Position numbers and translations under genes: made by a program
Part shown: piece after piece, positions 18,089 through 24,551 of the stretch
Numbering within the stretch: the first letter of the stretch is position 1
Layout: every line of letters starts with the position of its first letter
Notes under the pieces: generated by a model
What the model was told of the DNA's origin: nothing
Database searches by the model: none
Seen by the model: the letters and a program-made list of their open reading frames with translations, nothing else
Virus record (IMG/VR): IMGVR_UViG_3300037991_001364
Location: 1-24,551 of that record
Source: a virus
Taxonomy: Duplodnaviria > Caudoviricetes
Direction: 5' to 3' (one strand)
DNA: 24,551 nucleotides

Positions 18089-18122
18089 GGGCGTAACCCT
18101 TATGGCACGGCGTAACCGCGCC
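18089..18122 (-). promoter_or_regulatory. Two UUACG-loop hairpins in the capsid 5' leader
   Basis: Minus strand GGCGCGG-TTACG-CCGTGCC (18122-18104) and GGG-TTACG-CCC (18099-18089). Confidence 0.65.
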
Positions 18123-18135
18123 TATGTCTTACATA

Positions 18136-18819
18136 TTAACGGTTCGCTGCAGCTTTCAACCTTTCATACATATCCCGGTCTGCCTTAAACAGCCGTGACT
18201 GCTCTGTGAGGTTGTAAGTGTCCTTGGCAAATGGATTCTTTGTCCCAGGTGGAATGTCGCCACCTGCGCTGCGTCCTGCAGGCGCTCCGCTGCCTTGTGG
18301 CTTTGGTGCTTTTTGCATGTAGCTGGGCAGAGTTTTGGCCCACTCACTTATCGGTTTGCGTTCGTAGCCGTTGACGACAACAACCGTTCCGTCAGCTTCC
18401 CGTTCAATCTGATTTGGATCTAGCAGCCGAGCCTTAAACACGATGCTGGGGTCATGCACCACGTCAGCCAATGCCGTGTTGGCAGGTGTGATCAGCTCCA
18501 GCTCTCGCACTTGCGCTTCAAGTTCAGCGATGCGCTTGTCCTTTTCTTCCGCCGCCTCACGGAACTGCTGCTCCAAAGCTTGTCGCGCTTCGGCGTATTT
18601 GCCCTCTGATTCCAGTTTGCTCTGTTCAGCTTTGCGCTTGAAATCTTTCAGAGCCAAGTAATCGTCAGGGACTTCACCTATCAGCTCTTTCTTTTGCAGT
18701 TTGTTGATGAGGTCGTAGTTCTTCTTTTCTAAAGCTTCGACACTTGCTTTCAGCTTGTCAATTTCAACGTTGCTTGGTGCTTCGGGAGACGTAATCTCCT
18801 GATTCTGCTCTTCAGACAT
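18136..18819 (-). CDS. Capsid scaffolding protein (227 aa)
   Basis: Acidic coiled-coil N-terminal half, GSGAPAG linker and KNPF...NLTEQSRL tail; immediately upstream of the capsid gene. Confidence 0.87.
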   Translation of the reverse strand: MSEEQNQEITSPEAPSNVEIDKLKASVEALEKKNYDLINKLQKKELIGEVPDDYLALKDFKRKAEQSKLESEGKYAEARQALEQQFREAAEEKDKRIAELEAQVRELELITPANTALADVVHDPSIVFKARLLDPNQIEREADGTVVVVNGYERKPISEWAKTLPSYMQKAPKPQGSGAPAGRSAGGDIPPGTKNPFAKDTYNLTEQSRLFKADRDMYERLKAAANR

Positions 18820-18839
18820 GAATAACCCGTAAGGTTGTT
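18785..18839 (-). promoter_or_regulatory. Two UUACG-loop hairpins flanking the scaffold start codon
   Basis: Minus strand AACAACC-TTACG-GGTTATT (18839-18821, one mismatch, ending 1 nt before the ATG) and GGAGA-TTACG-TCTCC (18799-18785, inside the CDS). Confidence 0.65.
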
Positions 18840-18840
18840 T

Positions 18841-19122
18841 TCACGACCACTTTACTTTGTCTGCCCAAAATGCGGCAGATGTTTTCCCTCTGGCGATGTT
18901 CTTTGCGTGCCGCTTCTTAAATGAAGCCCGCTTTGCCTTGTCTGCTGCGCTTTCACCTTTGCGCGGACGTTTAGTCTTTGCGCCTTGCTGGCCGAACCTA
19001 ATCAGCCGGGGGCTGCCGCCGTCATTGACAACCACCGCGTGACTTTTGCCGCTCGGATGGTTTGGGGTCCGAATTGGTTTGTCGAACCCCTTAAACGTGT
19101 GCCCGCCACGCTTGATGGTCAC
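18841..19122 (-). CDS. Small basic phage protein (93 aa)
   Basis: HPSGKSHAV...LIRFGQQG...RASFKKRHAKNI...SAAFWADKVKW, a motif set I recognise from many phage hypothetical proteins. GTGA overlap with the upstream gene. Confidence 0.8.
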   Translation of the reverse strand: MTIKRGGHTFKGFDKPIRTPNHPSGKSHAVVVNDGGSPRLIRFGQQGAKTKRPRKGESAADKAKRASFKKRHAKNIARGKTSAAFWADKVKWS

Positions 19123-19352
19123 TTTTTCTTGCCTTTGGGCGCGGCCCTGAGTTGGGACCGTTTTTTCAAAACAGGGTTGCCAGTGCTTTCTGATTTGATT
19201 GCAATGACAGGATCACCCTTGGCTCCGCGTCGAGTGACAGTGCCGCCTGTCGGCCCTTTGACGCTGTAAGAGCCTTCTCCTTTCACGCTGGTTACAACGC
19301 CAAAAGTGCGCTTGCCCTGGTAAACCCAGCTAACGCGAGAACCCTTTTTCAC
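19119..19352 (-). CDS. Small basic SH3/Tudor-like protein (DUF2945/HVA1-like, 77 aa)
   Basis: KKGSRVSW...GVVT...VTRRGAKGDPVIAIKSESTGNPVLKKRSQL pattern; GTGA overlap and SD GGAGG. Confidence 0.7.
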   Translation of the reverse strand: MKKGSRVSWVYQGKRTFGVVTSVKGEGSYSVKGPTGGTVTRRGAKGDPVIAIKSESTGNPVLKKRSQLRAAPKGKKK

Positions 19353-19432
19353 TTTTTCTTGCCTCCTTTCTTTTTCTTCTTTTTAGGGGGACGGCCCACC
19401 TTTGAGCCGTATGTGCCTTTACCCATTGGCAT
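19349..19432 (-). CDS. Very basic 27-aa peptide
   Basis: Not in the track. MPMGKGTYGSKVGRPPKKKKKKGGKKK*, with SD GGAGG, TAATG coupling upstream and GTGA coupling downstream. Confidence 0.75.
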   Translation of the reverse strand: MPMGKGTYGSKVGRPPKKKKKKGGKKK

Positions 19433-19560
19433 TAGCCGCCTCCCTTAGACCCTTCCTTTTTAGCAGCCTTTCCCTTTGGCGCGGGCTTCCTTGGCGGACA
19501 AGATGGCGCCTCGTTTGGTTCTTGAACGGTGAATTTGTACTTGCTAGGCAGCTTGCTCAT
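19432..19560 (-). CDS. Small basic 42-aa protein
   Basis: Not in the track. MSKLPSKYKFTVQEPNEAPSCPPRKPAPKGKAAKKEGSKGGG*. The start overlaps the end of the head morphogenesis gene and the stop is coupled to the next ATG. Confidence 0.65.
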   Translation of the reverse strand: MSKLPSKYKFTVQEPNEAPSCPPRKPAPKGKAAKKEGSKGGG

Positions 19561-20773
19561 TGGGGTAACGATCTTTGAGTTGTTCCAAGGTTAGCTCTGA
19601 ACCGTCCGCGTTAACAAACTTACGGATGGCATCTGTCGGGCCATACTTGTTTACCAACCGGTTGAAGTAGGGAACTTTGCTTCTGCCTAAAACATCCTGT
19701 TTGGTCGCCATCGATTGCTTGTCAAGCCACTGGCCATAAGTCTCGTTATCAGGCACGCCTTGACCGCGCACGGCTTGGGTGCCCTTAAACGCAGAGTTTG
19801 GGCGGCGCAACTGGCTAGGTGGTGGCGGGTCAATTCCAAGGCCGCTGTAATCAATGACCGGCACTGTCGTGGATCTGCAATTGAAATGCTGCGGCGGTGT
19901 TGGGCCTTTGCCATAGTCAAACTCTTGCCCATCAAGAGCACGACAAATCGCGCTGGTCTTGCTGTCTAAGGTCGCCACGTATCGGTAACGCCTAGTCACA
20001 TCTTGATTCGCCTTGTAAACCTGCTGGCTCGCCTCATTCGCCACCTGGTTGATGCTTGTACGCACCATCGCATTGACTTGGTGGTTTGCTGCGGCAGTTA
20101 CCTGTCCTCCAGCTTGGGCGATTTGACGCAAGCTGCCAGGCTGCCCAAAGCGGAGACGGCCCTTTAACTGCCGTGCAATCTGATCAGCAGATTCCCCAGT
20201 TAGCAACCCGTTGCGGACAGTTTTTGCAAACAGATCGGCCTGTGACTCGGCAAGCCCACGGAACGACTTTTCAAGCACCTTCCCATTTGGCAACGTAATA
20301 GTCGTGCCTTGCGCAGCCGTCAGTTGAAAGGTCTGCGGCGCACCCGCGACAGCAGCTTGCAAGTTGTCGCTAAGCGACACCACGTTGATTGCTGTCGGGT
20401 CCACGGTTGCCACTGATCGCGCAAACTGCGGGCTGATTTGCACACTGCGAATCTGCCTGCGCAACTCAACCGGCAAAGCACGTCGCAGCTCATTTGCCAC
20501 AAACTCGCTTTGCAGTACGGCTAGCCCCTGCAGATCCTCGACGATCGCAAGCGTGCTTGTGCCCGCCCAGCCATCAAGTGACTGCTTTAGTTGCGCAAGA
20601 ATCGCCCTAAGCCGTGCAGCTTTCGCAGGCGCCGCAAGCTCATCAATCCCACGCAAACGATCAACAGCATCCAAAACAAGATCGTTGTATGTAACAGCAA
20701 TTCGCTTTGCGACACTGTTGCTAAATCGGTTGAGATCGATCGCATTGCGATACAGCTCCGATGGTGTGCTCAT
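19544..20773 (-). CDS. Head morphogenesis / minor capsid protein (SPP1 gp7 / MuF-like, 409 aa)
   Basis: MVRTSINQ, YRYVATLDSKTSAICRALDG, PPQHFNCRSTTVP, VPDNETYGQWL and LTLEQLK. Confidence 0.92.
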   Translation of the reverse strand: MSTPSELYRNAIDLNRFSNSVAKRIAVTYNDLVLDAVDRLRGIDELAAPAKAARLRAILAQLKQSLDGWAGTSTLAIVEDLQGLAVLQSEFVANELRRALPVELRRQIRSVQISPQFARSVATVDPTAINVVSLSDNLQAAVAGAPQTFQLTAAQGTTITLPNGKVLEKSFRGLAESQADLFAKTVRNGLLTGESADQIARQLKGRLRFGQPGSLRQIAQAGGQVTAAANHQVNAMVRTSINQVANEASQQVYKANQDVTRRYRYVATLDSKTSAICRALDGQEFDYGKGPTPPQHFNCRSTTVPVIDYSGLGIDPPPPSQLRRPNSAFKGTQAVRGQGVPDNETYGQWLDKQSMATKQDVLGRSKVPYFNRLVNKYGPTDAIRKFVNADGSELTLEQLKDRYPNEQAA

Positions 20774-21054
20774 AAATCATGCAGATCCAACCGTTCAGAT
20801 TTTTCGACGCAGATCACTGAAACATCTGCCCCGATTGTCAGAGCGTTGCCCACAATTTCAGTAAACTCCCGAATCACTTCCGCATCCCTCTTGTTTACGC
20901 GGGTTTCGGTGACGCTGTAAATGCCCTCCTCGTCATACCAAGTGACGCGAACCACTGCGTAAACTTGCTGCCTTAGCTGCTGCCTGACGTAGTACAGGTA
21001 CTGTTTATCTGGATCTTCTTTTTCAGTCCTCTTAAGTCTGTCAATCCAACTCAT
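20770..21054 (-). CDS. Hypothetical protein (94 aa)
   Basis: Fills the gap between portal and head morphogenesis genes; SD GGAGG upstream and ATGA coupling downstream. Confidence 0.75.
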   Translation of the reverse strand: MSWIDRLKRTEKEDPDKQYLYYVRQQLRQQVYAVVRVTWYDEEGIYSVTETRVNKRDAEVIREFTEIVGNALTIGADVSVICVEKSERLDLHDL

Positions 21055-22477
21055 CGGTCGCCTCCGGGTTTTCCCTAGGCATTGTGGCTTCAGTTTCAGC
21101 GACAGGCTCTGGCCTGTCCATTTGTATTAAGCCGCCAGCTTGTGTGGCCTCAATTTCCTCCTCAACGTCGAACTCATCGCCAAGCACTTCACCGGCTGAT
21201 AATTGGTTAAGCAATGTTTCTTGAGTGATCGTCCCTGCCGCATAAAGTTGCAGCAGCGCTTGTATCTCCTGCGGCTCTAAGCGTGCTGCCAAGAAGTCGC
21301 GATTGATAAAGCTCATGCCGGCTTGCGCCTGCTGCATGTACTGCGCGTGAAACGTCAGGCAGTTGTCAATTAGGTCTTGCATCTGCTGTGCAATCACCAT
21401 CATGGTGCTGTCCCCTTGACTGCGATCGATCCGCTTGGCCTCTGCTGTCTCTGCACTGAGCTTTTGCCCAAGCACGGCAGCAAGACCCAGTTCATTGATC
21501 TGCTGAGCAATCTGCTCAAGCCGTTGGAACTGTGCGTTGTAGCTGTTCCCAGATGGCTCAATGTATTCAGCACGCGCTGTCTCGGGCAAAGCCATCGCTT
21601 CCCCTGGGCCTGCGCTTATCTCCTCCGCAGACTGTGGGAACCCGTAGATAGCCAGCATTGGGACTGCGCTGATGTGCAACTGGTTGTCTAAATCGGACTG
21701 CACTTGATACGCCTTCAAATTCAGTTCTGCAATGTCAGCCAGTGGTGGCCGCGACTCAAGAACCCCGACGCGGTTTGAATAGGCCACCGCAAACGGGATC
21801 TCGCTAAGGCTGGTTTTGCCGTCATCCACTAAACGAAATTCACCCTTGTCATCTTTTTGGTGGATTTCAAACGCGCCAGGGGTCAGCACACGCACTTGCT
21901 CAACTTGCTTTTCGCCATAAAGCCCATCCGGCACAGTGACCTTTTCAATGAGCCTGATCATCGTCAGCTTTTGCTTGCCGTCAGCAATTTCAGATCGCCA
22001 GCCAAGAATGTCTCTTGGCGTGTATTGGGTCCAATAAGGGCGGCCATTTTCACCCGCCTTGGGCGCGTCAACTAGAACACCAACGTGGCCATACCTGATG
22101 CACTTGCGAGCAGTTTCATAAGTCCAGACGTTGAGATCGTTGCCCTGCAAATCAACGTCGAAAAGCTGCTCAGTCACAACATCGCTGACATCTTCCAAGC
22201 GCACAGGCTTGCGGGTCAACATGCCAGCCAGCATGCGCTCAAGCCTGACGTAATACGGCGCAAGCGTTGAACGCAAAAGCCTGTTGTCATAAGCCTCGTC
22301 TAATTCTCGCGGCTCTTGCGGCAGGTATTTTCTGTGCCCTTTTCTGATGCCGTAAGTGCCCTGCAACAGAGCTTCAATCAGAAGCCAATGCGGCTCCATG
22401 TTGGCGTAAGCCGTGTTTGGGCTTTCAACAGTGGTGACGTTGCCTACACGCTGCCTGCCTGAGAAACCTGAATACAC
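21041..22477 (-). CDS. Portal protein (DUF4055-type, 478 aa)
   Basis: YLPQEPRE..AYDNRL, GHVGVLVD.P, RPYWTQY..DILGW, PPLADIAELNLKAYQVQSD..LH..AVP, AETAEA; follows terL. Confidence 0.92.
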   Translation of the reverse strand: MYSGFSGRQRVGNVTTVESPNTAYANMEPHWLLIEALLQGTYGIRKGHRKYLPQEPRELDEAYDNRLLRSTLAPYYVRLERMLAGMLTRKPVRLEDVSDVVTEQLFDVDLQGNDLNVWTYETARKCIRYGHVGVLVDAPKAGENGRPYWTQYTPRDILGWRSEIADGKQKLTMIRLIEKVTVPDGLYGEKQVEQVRVLTPGAFEIHQKDDKGEFRLVDDGKTSLSEIPFAVAYSNRVGVLESRPPLADIAELNLKAYQVQSDLDNQLHISAVPMLAIYGFPQSAEEISAGPGEAMALPETARAEYIEPSGNSYNAQFQRLEQIAQQINELGLAAVLGQKLSAETAEAKRIDRSQGDSTMMVIAQQMQDLIDNCLTFHAQYMQQAQAGMSFINRDFLAARLEPQEIQALLQLYAAGTITQETLLNQLSAGEVLGDEFDVEEEIEATQAGGLIQMDRPEPVAETEATMPRENPEATDELD

Positions 22478-22528
22478 GGCTAAAGCCCGCCCGATAGTCT
22501 GATGTTAATCGACAGATCTATAGACACA

Positions 22529-22557
22529 AGAAAAGGGGCCAGCGACTGCCCCCTTTC
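22529..22557 (-). terminator. Putative intrinsic terminator after terL (possibly bidirectional)
   Basis: Minus strand AAAGGGG-G-CAG-TCG-CTG-G-CCCCTTT followed by TCTT, about 30 nt downstream of the terL stop. Confidence 0.55.
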
Positions 22558-22589
22558 AAGATAGCCGGGTAGACACCACCGCGACCGCA

Positions 22590-23942
22590 TCAATATAGGC
22601 GGATGCCTGTTCCCCGTCCAGCTCGTGCATTAAGCATCGAGAAGTCACGGTAAATCAAATAACCCAGCGCATCGTTCATATGGTCATAGCCAGCATCCTT
22701 GTCTGGGTCACCGGCTTCGGTGTAGCTCTGCAGCTCTAAGCACTCGATCGTTCGCTTGCAATTTGCTGACACTTGCAACCGGACTTCCCCCTTGCCGTTT
22801 TCCAGCAAAGCTTGAACAGAAGCCACCCGATCACGAATGGGAGGATTTGCCTTGGGCGATTGATTGCTGAACCCATACGACTCAAGAATCTGAATATCAG
22901 TGCGCGATGCGTTCGTGCTGCGGTTGCCGCCGGATGCGTCTGGGTAGATGTAAACCTTGCGACCTTGAGCACGAGATTGAATCTCTTGCGCCATGGCATC
23001 AGTGTCATGCGCTTTGCTGATCTCATCAATCAACAGAAGTTTGCTGCCCAAGCGGACGCCAATGACTGCGGACATGTTGCCGATGTTGAAGTCAACGCCC
23101 ACACGCAATGGCTCAGTGCTGACATCGGGGATGGAGGTTGTGACGTGCTTGTCACGACTGAACCTGTCGTAAACCTGGCCGGTCGTGAGGTTGCAGAACT
23201 GCCCCTCAAGATATGCCTTCAGCAGGCTCGGGTCGTAGTTGGCCTGAAGTCTTTCAATAAAATCTTGCGGCAGGTACGGGTTATCTGCCGTCCGCATTCT
23301 GATCAGCTTTCGGTCTGTGCGTTCCTGCGCTTCCTCTGTGCCAAAGGTGTTCCACATCCAACGGAAGCCCTCTGGCGTTGATGCTGCGCTGAACTGCCGA
23401 ACATTGCCGGACCTAAGACGACCGAGGATCTTTGGAAATGCTCGCGTGCAAATAGACGGGTTTACGGTATCAATTTCATCGCACAAGATATAAGCAAGGT
23501 TGAGGCCGATGATCCTTGAGTAGTTCTCAAACGACCGGCACAGCAGCTTGCTGTCACCGCTAGGAAAATGCAGGATGTACTCAGGCAATGGCGAGGCGCG
23601 AAACGTGTAGGGGATTTCGTAGTGCTCAAGAAACTGCTCAAAGTCCGCTTGCCAAATGTCACGAATCAACGGGCCGGTTGGTTCCATCACGCAACCCGTG
23701 AAGCCTTGGTTTGCAGCAGCCATAAAGCAAGCCTTTGCCGCTAGGGCTCGCGTCTTGCCAGCGCCATAGCCAGCACTAATGCCAAGGATTTCGGTCTGAT
23801 CGTCATCAACAAAGGCCCGCTGGCCTGGGTGCAGGTCGTCCCTGATCCGATCGAGAAGGCGCTGAACATCAAATGCCGTGTTGGCATCACCGATCCGCTG
23901 CAGCACAGAACCTTCGGCAATGTGGCCAAGAATTCCGTTCAC
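22590..23942 (-). CDS. terL: Terminase large subunit (450 aa)
   Basis: Q motif LHPGQ, Walker A AGYGAGKT, Walker B ILCDE, motif III STPEG, RNase H-like nuclease VGVDFN...YPDASG...YDHMNDALGY. Confidence 0.96.
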   Translation of the reverse strand: MNGILGHIAEGSVLQRIGDANTAFDVQRLLDRIRDDLHPGQRAFVDDDQTEILGISAGYGAGKTRALAAKACFMAAANQGFTGCVMEPTGPLIRDIWQADFEQFLEHYEIPYTFRASPLPEYILHFPSGDSKLLCRSFENYSRIIGLNLAYILCDEIDTVNPSICTRAFPKILGRLRSGNVRQFSAASTPEGFRWMWNTFGTEEAQERTDRKLIRMRTADNPYLPQDFIERLQANYDPSLLKAYLEGQFCNLTTGQVYDRFSRDKHVTTSIPDVSTEPLRVGVDFNIGNMSAVIGVRLGSKLLLIDEISKAHDTDAMAQEIQSRAQGRKVYIYPDASGGNRSTNASRTDIQILESYGFSNQSPKANPPIRDRVASVQALLENGKGEVRLQVSANCKRTIECLELQSYTEAGDPDKDAGYDHMNDALGYLIYRDFSMLNARAGRGTGIRLY

Positions 23943-24277
23943 TGCAACACCTGGGCAATCTGCGCAGCGGTTTTGATGCAGCCCAAGGCAGCGCCGAGGT
24001 TATTTTGCTTTCTGGCCTCTTTTTGCAGCGTTGCCAGTTGGGCAAGAATCTCTGCAGTAAAAGTCCGACGATCAAGCTCCCAGTCGGCGCACAAAAGTTC
24101 ACGCGCACGGCGGATGTAATCGTCTGCTGTCCTATCGCAGCACTCCCACTGGCTCGAGGCATATTGCAGTACGTCGGAGCGCGTTGCGCCGTTAGCCAAG
24201 AGGCGTGCAACACGGTTTACCCGAAGGCCTAGCTCGGCATTTGAGGACCGTTTTTTGGGCTTGATTGGTTTTGGCAT
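23939..24277 (-). CDS. terS: Terminase small subunit (putative)
   Basis: Helical protein with an HTH-like segment (RSDVLQYASSQWECCDRTADDYIRRA), directly upstream of terL with a GTGA overlap. ATG at 24277 is coupled to the upstream stop (TGATG). Confidence 0.75.
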   Translation of the reverse strand: MPKPIKPKKRSSNAELGLRVNRVARLLANGATRSDVLQYASSQWECCDRTADDYIRRARELLCADWELDRRTFTAEILAQLATLQKEARKQNNLGAALGCIKTAAQIAQVLQ

Positions 24278-24551
24278 CAAACAGGCCCTTCAGCTTTAGG
24301 GCTAGCTTGACAATAGTTGGAGCGTTCGGGTCGGTGATGCTCCGCCGCTGTGTCGGTGGACCCGACATTCGCCTGCTTCGAACGCATGTTCCTTTCCCCA
24401 CGGTACATCGAAGCTCCCATTTCTGCGATTTTCTTAAAAGGAATACATGGCACGGTTAAGCGTTCACGCGCTTTAGGGTTTAAAAAATAGAGATAGCGCA
24501 TTTGATAACCTTGCAATGGTTTCCAAGTGCGGAACTCGGAATCCATTTTTA
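24277..24551 (-). CDS. mom: Partial (5'-truncated) Mom-like DNA adenine modification protein, C-terminus
   Basis: The frame is open to the window edge. KPLQGYQMRYLYFLNPKARERLTVPCIPFKKIAEMGASMYRG matches the C-terminal 'GFQLRYIYFL....R.RL.VP.LPF..I...GA.MY.G' pattern I recall for Mom-family proteins. The catalytic core is outside the window. Confidence 0.65.
   Translation of the reverse strand, partial: KMDSEFRTWKPLQGYQMRYLYFLNPKARERLTVPCIPFKKIAEMGASMYRGERNMRSKQANVGSTDTAAEHHRPERSNYCQASPKAEGPV
24318..24385 (-). ncRNA. Non-canonical D-armless tRNA-Gly(UCC)-like RNA, 68 nt
   Basis: GCGTTCG / AAGCAGGCGAA / TGTCG-GGTCCAC-CGACA / CAGC / GGCGG-AGCATCA-CCGACC / CGAACGC-T-CCA. It has a perfect 7-bp acceptor stem, U discriminator, encoded CCA, a 5-bp anticodon stem with central TCC, and a T-like arm with one bulged A. 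Confidence 0.7.

Noticed and set aside
19544-20773. MuF-type protein as a polymorphic toxin carrier
   Set aside because: The protein ends about 110 aa after the HFNCRS motif with the ordinary TYGQWL/LTLEQL tail; no toxin domain or immunity gene is recognisable.
22403-22412. GGC-TTAC-GCC mini-hairpin early in the portal gene as a fifth UUACG element
   Set aside because: Only a 3-bp stem and a different loop register (4-nt loop), so it could be chance.
22773-23381. 202-aa plus-strand ORF and the other plus-strand ORFs in the track
   Set aside because: All lie antisense to well-supported, tightly coupled minus-strand genes and show no recognisable protein features.
24318-24385. Reading the element as a canonical tRNA, as tRNA-Trp(CCA), or as an attP tRNA fragment
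   Set aside because: It lacks the D arm, U33 and TTC loop, so it is not canonical. Stem symmetry centres UCC, not CCA, and the acceptor end is Gly-type. Both acceptor strands are present and no integrase is in the window, unlike a typical att remnant.
24192-24401. 69-aa alternative-frame minus-strand ORF over the mom/terS junction
   Set aside because: It overlaps two better-supported genes and the structured RNA; GC-rich stems readily give stop-free frames.

Overview
This window is the virion-morphogenesis region of a long-tailed (siphovirus-type) phage, with all real genes on the minus strand. The gene set resembles marine cyanobacterial siphoviruses, but the host is only inferred. In transcription order (right to left) it holds: the 3' end of a Mom-like DNA adenine-modification gene, small and large terminase, portal, a hypothetical gene, an SPP1 gp7/MuF-type head morphogenesis protein, four small basic proteins, scaffold, major capsid, head-tail joining genes, tail tube, tail chaperone G/GT with a -1 frameshift, tape measure, lambda M/L/K/I/J-like tail-tip genes, two tail fibres and a cassette of fibre-like protein/chaperone pairs. 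The most striking unannotated signal is a 68-nt, D-armless, CCA-ending tRNA-Gly(UCC)-like element inside the 3' end of the mom-like gene, a candidate dedicated glycyl donor for DNA hypermodification. A second signal is a set of four stem-loops with different stems but the same UUACG loop, flanking the scaffold and capsid translation starts. Several small ORFs missing from the supplied track are added. All family assignments are from motif recognition and synteny, not database searches.
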